From contig CAWHCF010000049.1 in NCBI GenBank assembly GCA_963827655.1, positions 32,001-96,000 on the forward strand: DNA of 64,000 nucleotides, written 5' to 3'. The position numbers and the translations under genes were made by a program. Shown here piece after piece: positions 29,201-39,627 of this stretch (the stretch's first letter is position 1; every line of letters begins with the position of its first letter). A model generated the notes under the pieces. It saw only the letters and a list, made by a program, of their open reading frames with translations, did not search any database and was not told the DNA's origin. The DNA is from an uncultured Acidobacteriota bacterium (GTDB taxonomy: Bacteria; Acidobacteriota; UBA6911).

Positions 29201-32017
29201 GTGCCCGCTGCGCTCGAGATCAAGAACACCGTGAACCTGCCGAAGACCTCATTCAGCATGAAGGCCAATCTGCCACAGCGAGAGCCGCAGATGCTGAAGT
29301 TTTGGGAGAGCATCGATGTATATGGCCAGATCCGCGCGGCCCGGGCGGGTAAACCCGCTTACGTTCTCCACGACGGCCCCCCTTACGCGAACGGGGCGAT
29401 TCACATGGGGACCGCCATCAACAAAATTCTTAAAGACATCATTGTGAAGTCCCGCACCATGATGGGATTTGATGCGCCGTACGTTCCAGGGTGGGACTGC
29501 CATGGCCTTCCGATCGAGATCAAGGTCGACCAGATGCTCGGGCCGCGCAAGGCCGCGATGAACAAGGTCGCCATCCGGCAGGAGTGCCGCAAGTACGCGG
29601 AAAAGTATATCGATTTACAGCGCAAGGGATTTCAGCGCCTCGAGGTCTTCGGGGAGTGGAACCGACCTTACCTGACGATGGACTACTCCTACGAAGCCGA
29701 CATCGTCCGCGCTTTCGGCGAGTTTGCCGAGAAGGGACTGGTTTACAAGGGTCTCAAGCCTGTCTACTGGTGCTTCTCCTGCAGGACGGCGCTTGCGGAG
29801 GCCGAGGTTGAGTACGAGGACCACGTCAGCTCTTCCATTTATGTGGCTTTCCCGGTTGAATCGGATCTTTCCGATCTTGGCTTGGCGGGTCAGGATTGGT
29901 CCATCGTAATCTGGACCACCACGCCCTGGACCTTGCCGGCCAACCAGGCGATCGCATTTCATCCGGATTTCGAATACTGCGGCGTACGTGTCAACGGCCG
30001 GGGGTACATCGTAGCCAGCGCGCTTCTCGAGGCGGTTTCCCAGAAATGCGGTTGGAAAGATCCAGTAATCGCCGGCCGATTTCACGGACGTTCCATAGAA
30101 CGGCGCAAAGCGCGCCATCCTTACCTCAATCGAGAGTCGCTGCTGGTGCTGGGAGACTATGTCACTCTCGACCAGGGAACCGGCTGCGTTCACACGGCGC
30201 CGGGTCATGGCTACGAGGACTATTTGACGGGCGTGCGCTACGGCCTGGAGATTCTCTGTCCGGTTGACGGCAACGGCCGATTCACAGCCCAGGTCGAGCA
30301 CTTTGGCGGAATGCACGTCCTGGAAGCCAACCCTGAGATCGTCAAACTCCTCCGGTCGCGGGGGAGGCTCCTCCATCTCGAGGAATTCGCGCACCAGTAC
30401 CCTCACTGCTGGCGCTGTCATAATCCCATTGTCTTTCGCGCCACGCCGCAATGGTTTATCGCTCTTGACGCCGATGGCTACCGGGGAAAAGTTTTGGATG
30501 CGATCAAAAATGTACGGTGGATTCCCGGCTGGGGGGAGGAACGCATCAGCAACATGGTGAAGGATCGCCCTGATTGGTGCATTTCGCGCCAGCGAGACTG
30601 GGGTGTGCCGATCGTAGCCTTCTACTGTAAGGCCTGTGGGGAGATCCTGCTGGACAAGCAGGTCATCGACTACGTCGCTTCCATTTTCGAGCGTGAAGGG
30701 GCCGATGCCTGGTACGCAAGGGACGTCACGGCGTTGCTTCCGGGGGGGACCTCGTGCCGGAAATGTGGAGGAAGTGAGTTCGGAAGAGAATTTGACATAC
30801 TTGACGTTTGGTTTGACTCGGGGAGCAGTCATCTGGCCACGCTAGGCGGGCGTAAGAATCTTCCCTGGCCCTCCGATTTATACATCGAAGGTGGCGACCA
30901 GTATCGCGGCTGGTTCCAAAGCTCGCTTCTGATCGGTGTCGCGCTGCGCGGCAGCTCTCCCTATCGAGCTTCGATCACGCATGGCTGGACCCTCGACGAA
31001 CTCGGCCGGGCGATGTCCAAGTCGAAGGGAATCGGAATCGACCCCGCCGAGCTGATCGAGCAGCGCGGCGCCGAAATTGCGCGTTTGCTGATCAGCTCGG
31101 TCAACTACGTCGAAGATGTGCGGATTTTCGATGAACTCCTGGAGAATCTGAGCACAGCCTACCGGAAGATTCGCAATACCTGCCGGTTCATGCTGGGAAA
31201 TCTGAGTAACCAGCTGGACGCGGACCATCCGCGCTTCGACCCGCAGCTGGACTCGGTGCCTTTCGACGAGATGCCGGAGATCGACCGCTGGGCGCTTGCG
31301 CGCACAGGTCAAGTAATCCAGAAGTGCCTGGAAAGCTACGAGGCCTACCAGTTCCATCAGGTCTATGGCGCTTTGTACAACTTCTGTGTTGTCGACCTGT
31401 CGGCCTTCTACCTCAACATACTCAAAGACCGTCTCTATACCCACGCAGTCCGGTCTATCTCGCGCCGGTCCGCTCAAACCGCTCTATGGCACATTCTCGA
31501 TTCGCTGGCCCGATTGCTCGCTCCCATTCTTTCATTTACGGCCGAGGAAGTCTGGCAGGCAATGCAGGAAGGGAAAGGCCCCCGTGAGTCCGTTCATGTG
31601 CAGGTGTTTCCAGCCTTCGTGCCGCAGAACAACCAGACGGTGTTGCTCGACGAGTGGGAAAAACTCCGGAACCTGCGCGAGGTCGTCAGCCAGGCGCTCG
31701 AGGAAGCAAGGCGCGCCAAGACCATGGCAGATTCCCTCGAGGCGAAGCTGGTCCTGCGCGCCGCCCCCGATGTGTCTGCGCTGCTGCGCAGGCACGCCGC
31801 CGACCTGCGCTATCTGTTCATAGTGTCCGAGGTCGAACTAGTGGAAGCGGAGCGGGCGGAAATCAATGAACTAAAAGTCGAGGTGATGCCCGCTCAGGGC
31901 AAGAAGTGTGAACGATGCTGGAATTACTCGGTCGAGGTGGGAAAAAATTCTCAGTTTCCCACCCTGTGCGAGCGTTGCGTTCCGGTTGTGCTCGAGATGG
32001 AGGGACTTCGCCGCTAG
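29201..32017 (+). CDS. ileS: Isoleucine--tRNA ligase (type 1)
   Basis: HDGPPYANG.IHMG, GWDCHGLPIE, WTTTPWTLP, DWCISRQR.WG, AMSKS, C-terminal KCERCW..LCERC. Confidence 0.98.
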   Translation: MPAALEIKNTVNLPKTSFSMKANLPQREPQMLKFWESIDVYGQIRAARAGKPAYVLHDGPPYANGAIHMGTAINKILKDIIVKSRTMMGFDAPYVPGWDCHGLPIEIKVDQMLGPRKAAMNKVAIRQECRKYAEKYIDLQRKGFQRLEVFGEWNRPYLTMDYSYEADIVRAFGEFAEKGLVYKGLKPVYWCFSCRTALAEAEVEYEDHVSSSIYVAFPVESDLSDLGLAGQDWSIVIWTTTPWTLPANQAIAFHPDFEYCGVRVNGRGYIVASALLEAVSQKCGWKDPVIAGRFHGRSIERRKARHPYLNRESLLVLGDYVTLDQGTGCVHTAPGHGYEDYLTGVRYGLEILCPVDGNGRFTAQVEHFGGMHVLEANPEIVKLLRSRGRLLHLEEFAHQYPHCWRCHNPIVFRATPQWFIALDADGYRGKVLDAIKNVRWIPGWGEERISNMVKDRPDWCISRQRDWGVPIVAFYCKACGEILLDKQVIDYVASIFEREGADAWYARDVTALLPGGTSCRKCGGSEFGREFDILDVWFDSGSSHLATLGGRKNLPWPSDLYIEGGDQYRGWFQSSLLIGVALRGSSPYRASITHGWTLDELGRAMSKSKGIGIDPAELIEQRGAEIARLLISSVNYVEDVRIFDELLENLSTAYRKIRNTCRFMLGNLSNQLDADHPRFDPQLDSVPFDEMPEIDRWALARTGQVIQKCLESYEAYQFHQVYGALYNFCVVDLSAFYLNILKDRLYTHAVRSISRRSAQTALWHILDSLARLLAPILSFTAEEVWQAMQEGKGPRESVHVQVFPAFVPQNNQTVLLDEWEKLRNLREVVSQALEEARRAKTMADSLEAKLVLRAAPDVSALLRRHAADLRYLFIVSEVELVEAERAEINELKVEVMPAQGKKCERCWNYSVEVGKNSQFPTLCERCVPVVLEMEGLRR

Positions 32018-32163
32018 GAAACGAGGGCGCTTGGAAACACGCCGCGCCCCGGCAACCAGCGCGAGCGGCCGACCGCACCAATGGGCACCCCTTGAAATTG
32101 TCTGGTCAACAAAAGATGATGTTGCCAGGTTGTAATAGGAAGAGAGGCCTGTAATTCATAAAA

Positions 32164-32655
32164 ATGCGAAATAGATATTACCTGCTGGCCCTGTCGGTCT
32201 TCATCCTGGATCACTTCACCAAATGGCTGGTGCGATCGCGGATGGAACTTCACGAAGCCATTGAGTTAATCCCGGGGTACGCCCGAATCTCATACGTCAG
32301 GAACTCCGGCGTCGCTTTCGGGCTGTTTGCCGATATTCAATCGGTCTGGAAGCCCTACATCCTTGCCAGCATGGCCGTGATCGCCGTGGTGGTCATCTTG
32401 ATGTACAGCGCCCGGATGCCATCGAACCGGGTCCTTTTGCAGCTTGCGCTGGCCATTACCCTCGGCGGTATTCTGGGAAACTTCACCGATCGAATCATGC
32501 ATGGATTTGTGGTGGACTTCATCGAGCTCCATATCAAAGAAGTTTTTCATTGGCCTACCTTCAACGTTGCCGACAGCGCGATCACGATCGGAATAGCTCT
32601 GCTCCTGGTGGATACCGTGAAGCATCCCGAGGTAGAGGAGACAGAAACCGCTTGA
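32164..32655 (+). CDS. lspA: Lipoprotein signal peptidase II
   Basis: NSGVAFG, GGILGNFTDR, VVDF, WPTFNVAD; follows ileS. Confidence 0.97.
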   Translation: MRNRYYLLALSVFILDHFTKWLVRSRMELHEAIELIPGYARISYVRNSGVAFGLFADIQSVWKPYILASMAVIAVVVILMYSARMPSNRVLLQLALAITLGGILGNFTDRIMHGFVVDFIELHIKEVFHWPTFNVADSAITIGIALLLVDTVKHPEVEETETA

Positions 32656-33320
32656 CCCTCCCTGACGTTGTCCTTGCACTTATCCTGGGGGCGGTACCAG
32701 GACCGCCGAGGCTGGATCAAGCTTCGGACCAGGGGGTCGCCGCCGCCGTGGGCGGACTGCAGCGGCGCTACCAGTCCGTGCGCACCATTTCAGGAAAGTT
32801 TACCCAGATCTACCGCGCGCCTGGTGTCGAGCAGATTGAATCGGGGATTCTGTCAATGAAAAAACCCGGTTTGATGCGCTGGGAATACCGTGAGCCCGAG
32901 GTCAAGTTGTTTGTCGCGGACGGCCGCAGCACTTATCTTTATACCCCCGAAGATCGCCAGGTACTGGTGCGTCCCCTCAGTGATGCCGACCTGCGCAGCA
33001 CCCCCCTGCAGTTTCTGCTCGGCCAGGGAGACGTTTCGAAAAGTTTTAGCGCTTCATGGGAGAAAGAGGTTACACCCAGGATCGAGGGGACGCTCGTTCT
33101 CCGTCTCACTCCCCAAACCACACAGCCGGACTATGCATTCCTGGTACTTGAGCTCGATCAGCTCACTTTTGAACTGAGACGACTTGTAATCCGTGAGCTT
33201 ACCGCCAATACTTCGGAGTTTATCCTGACCGATCTGGCGACTAACGTGAAACTGGAAGACGGTCAGTTCAAGTTCAAGATCCCGAAGGGTGTCGAAGTCG
33301 TCCATGTAGAAGATAAGTGA
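32652..33320 (+). CDS. lolA: Outer-membrane lipoprotein carrier LolA family
   Basis: KKPGLMRWEY..P, VADG...Y.Y, TPLQFL, FKFKIPKGVEV; TTG start overlapping the lspA stop is inferred. Confidence 0.85.
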   Translation: MTLPDVVLALILGAVPGPPRLDQASDQGVAAAVGGLQRRYQSVRTISGKFTQIYRAPGVEQIESGILSMKKPGLMRWEYREPEVKLFVADGRSTYLYTPEDRQVLVRPLSDADLRSTPLQFLLGQGDVSKSFSASWEKEVTPRIEGTLVLRLTPQTTQPDYAFLVLELDQLTFELRRLVIRELTANTSEFILTDLATNVKLEDGQFKFKIPKGVEVVHVEDK

Positions 33321-33333
33321 GTCCGCCCCCTTA

Positions 33334-33579
33334 GGGTTCGCGCGGAAATAAGTTCGCATTCTGCCGCACGGCCCCCAAACTGCTGGTGAGGTGCGAGCGA
33401 CGATGTGTAGGCGGAGCGGTACGTGAGGATGTGATGTCGACAAAGGCCAGCGGGCCTGTCGAGGCCGCGCCCGAAGGGGCGCGATCCTCGAGCGTACTTA
33501 GCGAACAGAAACCGGATTCCAGCTGTATTGACCGCCGGGCTCTCGCGCCAGAATGTGAAGTTACTTTCTGCGCGAGCCT
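33334..33579. mobile_element. MITE-like element, copy 2 (inverted relative to copy 1)
   Basis: GGGTTCGCGCGGAAATAAGTTCGCATT ... AATGTGAAGTTACTTTCTGCGCGAGCC; internal blocks match the reverse complement of 1560-1792. Confidence 0.8.
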
Positions 33580-33653
33580 TTCAGGCCTCGCGGTAATCGT
33601 CATTAACCGCGACAGACTCTAAAACTACGCAGAAGCGCCAAAGGCCGAAACCA

Positions 33654-34436
33654 ATGGACCGGATCGACGAGTTTGCAAGAATCGGCACCGAAGCTGCGCT
33701 GGAGGCAGGCCGGCTCTTGATGCGGCACTTCCGCACGAACTTCTCCATCGCTCACAAGGGTGACATCAATATCGTGACCGAGCTTGACGTGGCCGCCGAA
33801 AAGCTTATCGTCTCGCGGATCCTGGACGCTTTTCCGGCCCACAGCGTTCTGGCCGAAGAGAGCCATCCGAATGCGGCGCGAACTCCGTTTACCTGGATTA
33901 TCGATCCTCTGGACGGCACCACCAACTATGCTCACGGCTTGCCGTTTTTTTGCGTCTCGGTCGGGCTGGAGATTGACGGTGAAGTGGAGTGGGGAATTGT
34001 CTACAACCCCAACCTCGAGGAGATTTTTACCGCGCGCCGCGGTCAGGGGGCTTTCTTGAATCATGAGCGAATTCAAGTATCGAAAGTCGGCCCACTCGGG
34101 GTCAGTCTTCTTGCCACGGGATTCCCTTACGACATAAGAACCAGCGAGCGCAATAACCTTAACTACTTCCGCGAATTCGCGCTCAGAGCGCAAGCCGTGC
34201 GCCGGGTCGGTTCCGCGGCCCTGGACCTCTGCTACGTCGGATGCGGAAGATTCGATGGTTTCTGGGAATTGAAGCTCAACCCATGGGACTGCGCGGCGGG
34301 CTGTCTCGTGGTTCAGGAGGGGGGTGGCCGGGTGACAGATTTTCGCGGAGAGCCATGCTCGATATATGACGAAGAGTGTGTGGCCAGCAACGTCATCATT
34401 CACGACGAAATGATTGCTGTTCTTCGTTCCGTTTAG
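33654..34436 (+). CDS. suhB: Inositol monophosphatase
   Basis: WIIDPLDGTTNYAHG, TGFPY, RRVGSAALDL, LNPWDCAAG. Confidence 0.94.
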   Translation: MDRIDEFARIGTEAALEAGRLLMRHFRTNFSIAHKGDINIVTELDVAAEKLIVSRILDAFPAHSVLAEESHPNAARTPFTWIIDPLDGTTNYAHGLPFFCVSVGLEIDGEVEWGIVYNPNLEEIFTARRGQGAFLNHERIQVSKVGPLGVSLLATGFPYDIRTSERNNLNYFREFALRAQAVRRVGSAALDLCYVGCGRFDGFWELKLNPWDCAAGCLVVQEGGGRVTDFRGEPCSIYDEECVASNVIIHDEMIAVLRSV

Positions 34437-34468
34437 TGTTTCTTCGTGTCTTTGCGTCTTCGTGGTTA
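34433..34468 (-). repeat. Octamer-family repeat arm abutting the suhB stop
   Basis: TTAGTGTTTCTTCGTGTCTTTGCGTCTTCGTGGTTA. Confidence 0.8.
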
Positions 34469-34532
34469 ATGCGTCGAAATTCACTGCCTTGACAATATCA
34501 CTGTTGAATGATTGACTCATGAGTTCAGCCAC

Positions 34533-34991
34533 ATGAAACTACGCGACCGAATCAACCAGGACCTGACCGCGGCCATGAAAGCCAGGGAGGCAGAGCGATT
34601 GAGCGTTCTGCGCATGGTGAAGACCGCGATCAAGAACAAGGAAATTGAATCTCTGGGCGAGCTGGATGACCTTCAAGCAGCTCAGGTTCTTTCGACCTTG
34701 ATCAAACAGCGCAAAGACTCTATCGAGCAGTTCAACCGGGGCGGCCGAACTGAACTAGCCGAGAAGGAAGCCGCTGAAATCACGATTATTGAACAGTACC
34801 TGCCCGCGGCGGTTTCCGACGTCGAAATCGAGGCCGTGGTCGACGAAGTCGTGCGAGCGACGGGCGCTTCATCACCGAAGGACATCGGCTCGGTGATGAA
34901 GCAGTGCATGACCCGGTTCGCCGGCAAGCGCGTGGATGGGAAGAAGGTGAGCGACCTGGTAAAACGACGGCTCGAAGCTCCTCAGACGTAA
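34533..34991 (+). CDS. GatB/YqeY domain protein
   Basis: AMKARE..RLSVLR, KQRKDSIEQF..GGR.ELAEKE, YLP. Confidence 0.93.
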   Translation: MKLRDRINQDLTAAMKAREAERLSVLRMVKTAIKNKEIESLGELDDLQAAQVLSTLIKQRKDSIEQFNRGGRTELAEKEAAEITIIEQYLPAAVSDVEIEAVVDEVVRATGASSPKDIGSVMKQCMTRFAGKRVDGKKVSDLVKRRLEAPQT

Positions 34992-35027
34992 GGCATTCAC
35001 CAGCGAACAGTCCAAAGAGTTGACTCC

Positions 35028-37554
35028 ATGCTATCGATTGGTTCACGCATTCTCTCCGTATCTCTGGTTTTCGCACTCTTTCCGGCGGTAGTGGCTCAAG
35101 TCAGGCTGGCGCGAGTCTCCGGCGCACCGGGCCGATTGACTAATGCCGCCACCGTCGTGCTTCAGCCCAGCGGGAATATCGGGTATGTAACCAACCCGGG
35201 CTCGGGCCTGGTCGAGAAATTCAGAACTATAACAGGCGATACGGTGGGTTCGACCCCCCTGCCTCAGGGAATCGGTCCGGCCACTCTCAGCCCGGACTCA
35301 AGAACACTCGCCGTCCTGGGGGTCACGAGTCAGAGACTATTTCTTATCAATACCGCCACGATGACCCTTCGCAACGAAGGGGGCTACACGCGTTCGGGAT
35401 TTACCGAGAGAAGCAACATTCTGTTCAGCCAGGACGGAAGCCGGATATTCGTCGCCGATCCTTCCCGGGATCACGTCGCGGTGTTCAATGCCTCGGACGC
35501 GACCGTAGTTCGTTTTCTGGCGGTGGGAATCGCTCCCAACATAATGTCTTTTTTCCCGGATGGTAGATCGGCCGCGGTTCTGTGCAGCGGTCGGCAACCC
35601 GGTGACCCCGAGAGTGTCTACGTCATCGATACTCTCAATGTAGTGGTAAGCGACTTCGGGCTTTTCGCCGGCCAGAATGCTGAAGCCTTCAATAATGTCC
35701 AGTTCGCCCTCGAGCGGAACATTCTTTTCGTGCCGGGATACAACGATAACCGGATTACCGTGTTTGATCTGCGCAGCGGGAGCGTGGGAAGCCGATCAAG
35801 CTACGGCCGGGGTCCCAGCAAGATCTTGACTTCCCCCGATGGCAGGTGGCTGGCGGTCCTGAATGTTCTGAGCAAAACCGTCGTTGTGCTCAGCCTGCCG
35901 GAAGCTCTTCTGGCTCGAGAGATATCAATACCCGACCTGGACCTTACGGTCGATTCAACTCCGGCTTTCAGCTCCGACAGCAGGACGCTGTTCATTCCTT
36001 CAGTGGCCACGGGAGAACTGATCGTCTATGACATCGAAAACTCCAGCATCCGGCGGCGGGTCAGAGTAGGCGAGCGGCCGGTCTCGCTGGTCTCGAATCG
36101 GGAGAGCGCCACGGTGGCGTCGCTCGACGTCGGGAGCAATGAAGTAAGCATTGTGGCGCTTTCGCCCAACGCGTTTTACATCCCTCACCTGGTCCAGAGC
36201 CCGAATGAATTCAGCGGCATTGCCCTGGCCAACTTTGGCCCTGAGGTGGTCAACATAGCCCTGGTTGCGCGAAGCAACTCAGGTTCATTGTTGCCGGGAA
36301 CCACGAACCCCCGTCTTCTGACCCTTGCCGCGGGGAATCAGACGTCGCTTGTCGTGGGTCAGATATTTGGTTTCAACCCGGCGCAGACCCTGGATGGGTG
36401 GATTGAAGCCTATACCCTGGGGAACGCAGTCTCCGCCTTGTATCTTTTCGGCAACAATTCGCAGACTCAGCTCGATGGATTTGTCGCGGACGCAGCTACC
36501 AGCAGGGTACTGGGTTTTTCGCGCATAACGGAGTTGGCGCCGAGATTCGGCAGCCAGACCTCGACCGAGATCGTTGTAATCAATCCGAACGACGCGCCTG
36601 CAGAAGTGGTCTTCCGCTTGTACGGCGCGACGCCGCAGGGTCCCGGAAGCGTGATCGCCAGCGCCACGATCGTCCTGACTCCCCGAAGCCGGCTGAGCAA
36701 CCGGCTCTCTTCGCTTCTGCCCCTGGTTGTCTATCCGCTCGAGAAAGGGTATCTGGAAGTTACCTCGAATTTGCCGGTCCAGGGACTGGAAGTCGTCAAG
36801 ATCGGCGATTCGACGGCGATGATCGCCGCAAAAGTTCGAGGGATAACCGAAACCCAGTTTTACTCCGCTCAGTTTGCGACGGGCGGCAGCGGCGTTTTTG
36901 AATCGCCGATCTTCTCGAGCCTGAGTCTCTGCAATACGTCTCCGGCTCCGATCACGATTACGGTTCGGGTCGCCGGAGACGGCGGTCAAACTATTCCGGC
37001 CTGATTCCATGCCCATGGTAAGAACGCTCCAACCCTATGAAACTCTCGCCGGGGGCTCTGACGAAATTCTGGACTTTCCCAATCCGCTGTCGAGTCCGGC
37101 GCTTTTCGTGGGGAGCTTGACCGTAACGGCGGATGGTCCGGGCCTGATTGGCGATCTGCTCTTCGGTGACGCCCGCAACGGCAAGTACCTGACGGCTTAC
37201 TCGCTGCAGCAGCGTGCCGGTACGAGATCCTACTTCGCGCACTTCGCGGAGGGTCTGTTCGGGGATCCCCCCCGGGGCCTCTTTACCGGCCTCGCGTTCT
37301 ATAATAATACGCGAGATCAGGTCGCCGAGATTCTGGTCGAGGCCTATTCACCCCAGAACTTGCCCATCGGTCGTGCGGATTTCACGCTCGCCGCCGGTAG
37401 ACGTCTATCACGCACGCTGTCAGAACTGATCCCGTCAATCACTCAGCAGAACGGAGGCACCGTTCGCGTTACGAGCACCGTTCCACTTCTCGTCTTCCAG
37501 GTTTTTGGCAGTTCCGAATCCCTCGTCGCGGTACCCCCTTTGATCCTCCCATAG
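35028..37554 (+). CDS. Secreted YVTN-like beta-propeller protein with repeated beta-sandwich C-terminal modules; frameshift near 37000
   Basis: Signal peptide; repeated SPDS/SQDG/FPDG/SPDG blades; modules FSGIALAN, TEIVVINPN, FSSLSLCN, FTGLAFYN; ORFs 35028-37004 and 37009-37554 read as one protein. Confidence 0.7.
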
Positions 37555-37664
37555 AAGCTTAAGACGCAATCAGCCTCGCTCCCCCGTCGGAACAAAACCA
37601 ACTACCAAGACGCGAAGAAACCCGGATCTTTATATATAATTACTGATTTACTGGCTGGTTGAGG

Positions 37665-39494
37665 ATGATTGTGATCCCGGAGAACTTGAGAGCGAAACTG
37701 GAGAATCTTCCTTCATCTCCGGGCGTCTACCTCTACAAAGACGACAAGGGGAAGACAATCTACGTGGGAAAGGCGCGCTCGTTGCGTAGCCGCGTCCGTA
37801 CTTACTTCCAGGAATCTCGTCCGTTCGACGTAAAAACCGAGAAACTGGTTTCGGAGACCGCAGACCTCGAATGCATCGTTACAGATAACGAGGTCGAGGC
37901 GCTGATACTGGAATCCACTCTGGTCAAGAAGAACCAGCCTCGATACAACGTCAATCTGAAAGATGACAAAAGCTTCCCGTACTTGAAACTCACGGTTAAT
38001 GAACCCTACCCAAGAATTTTTATCACGCGCCGGATCAAGAAGGACGGCGCGCTTTACTTCGGCCCTTTTCTGCCGGCCAGCTATGCGCGCGAAACCATGA
38101 AGCTGGTAAACAAATACTTCAAGCTGCGCACTTGCAATCTTGAGATCGACGGCACTCTTCCTCGTCCTTGTCTCGATTACCAGATGAAACGCTGCCTGGG
38201 TCCTTGCGTGCGAGGTCTGTGCACCAGCGAGGAATACAGCCGCGCAGTGGGAGACGTAAAGCTGCTGCTCTCCGGAAAAACGGATGAGCTGATCCGGCAA
38301 CTGCAGCGGCGGATGAACGAGGCGGCCGACAACCTTTACTATGAGGCCGCAGCCATGTATCGCGACTGGATCGCGATGGTTCGTGAAATGTCCGAGCGGC
38401 AGAAGATGATTCTCGAGGGGCAGGACGACACGGATCTCTTTGGTTATTTTCAGGAAGGAAGCCGCCTGGCCCTGGAGGTATTCGCGATGCGGGGCGGCCG
38501 CGTCGTGGGCCGGCGCGAGTTCTACTGGGAGGATCTGCTGTCCTTCGATCCGAACGAGTTCTTTTCATCGGCGTTGAAGCAGTACTATCTGCAAGACACC
38601 TTCACCCCCAAGGAAATCTTTATCCCTGTAGATATCGAGGACGCGGAGGTGCTTGAAGCATGGCTGACCGAGAGGAAGGGGAGCCGCGTTCATGTGTGCT
38701 CTCCCAAGCGGGGCCTCAAGGCCGGTTTGCTCGATCTGGTCATGCGAAACGCCAGCATGTCCTTCGAAACGCGCTTCCGCATCCTGAAACCGAAGGGTGA
38801 GGAGGTCCTGAAGCCCTTGCAGGAGGCGCTGGGTCTCGATGCTCTTCCGCGGCGCGTTGAAACCTTCGACATTTCGCATGTTCAAGGAAGCGACACGGTC
38901 GCCAGCATGGTGGTTTGCGAGAACGGCCAGATGAGAAAGGCCGAATACCGCAAGTTCAAGATCGAAAGCGTGAAGGGACCCGACGATTTTGCCTCGATGC
39001 GGGAAGTGGTTCACCGCCGTTACGAAAGCCTCTTGGAGGAGGATGAGGGAAAGTTACCGGATCTGATTCTCATCGACGGTGGCAGGGGCCAGCTTTCTGC
39101 GGCGGTGGCGGCGTTGGATGATCTGGGCCTCGAAAATCAGGCCGTGGCCGCAATCGCCAAGAAAGAGGAAGTCCTGTTTGTGAAGGGGAGGGAAGATCAC
39201 CCGATCGAGCTACCGCGGGAATCGGCGGTGCTTCACCTGATCCAGACCATGCGCGATGAAGCCCACCGGTTCGCCGTCAGCTATCACCGCAGACGGCGCG
39301 AAATGCGTGATCTGACGTCCGAGCTGGATGAGATCCCTGGAATCGGCGAGGTGCGCAAGAAAGTGCTCCTGCGCGCATTTGGCAGCCTCGAGCGCGTCCG
39401 GCAGGCGAAGTACGAGGAACTGGCGCCCTACGTCGGACCGAGGGCTGCGGCTCAAATCCTGGAATATTTCAAAGCAGCAGGCAGCAGGCAGTAA
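37665..39494 (+). CDS. uvrC: Excinuclease ABC subunit C
   Basis: PGVY..IYVGKA (GIY-YIG), FDISH, PDLILIDGGRGQL, RDEAHRFA, HhH IPGIG. Confidence 0.98.
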   Translation: MIVIPENLRAKLENLPSSPGVYLYKDDKGKTIYVGKARSLRSRVRTYFQESRPFDVKTEKLVSETADLECIVTDNEVEALILESTLVKKNQPRYNVNLKDDKSFPYLKLTVNEPYPRIFITRRIKKDGALYFGPFLPASYARETMKLVNKYFKLRTCNLEIDGTLPRPCLDYQMKRCLGPCVRGLCTSEEYSRAVGDVKLLLSGKTDELIRQLQRRMNEAADNLYYEAAAMYRDWIAMVREMSERQKMILEGQDDTDLFGYFQEGSRLALEVFAMRGGRVVGRREFYWEDLLSFDPNEFFSSALKQYYLQDTFTPKEIFIPVDIEDAEVLEAWLTERKGSRVHVCSPKRGLKAGLLDLVMRNASMSFETRFRILKPKGEEVLKPLQEALGLDALPRRVETFDISHVQGSDTVASMVVCENGQMRKAEYRKFKIESVKGPDDFASMREVVHRRYESLLEEDEGKLPDLILIDGGRGQLSAAVAALDDLGLENQAVAAIAKKEEVLFVKGREDHPIELPRESAVLHLIQTMRDEAHRFAVSYHRRRREMRDLTSELDEIPGIGEVRKKVLLRAFGSLERVRQAKYEELAPYVGPRAAAQILEYFKAAGSRQ

Positions 39495-39627
39495 AGTAAG
39501 TAAAAAGTGCCAGTATAAGGGGCAGTGCGAACTTGCGTCTCCTAACTGAAGCCGTGCTGTTTTGGTCGTGATTTCAAACAGTAACAGTAAGCAGCCAAAA
39601 ATCTGCCTACTGCTTACTGCCTACTGC
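39474..39627. repeat. Inverted pair of (GCAGTAG/GCAGCAG)-type heptamer arrays between convergent genes
   Basis: GCAGCAGGCAGCAGGCAGTAA ... CTGCCTACTGCTTACTGCCTACTGC. Confidence 0.75.
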
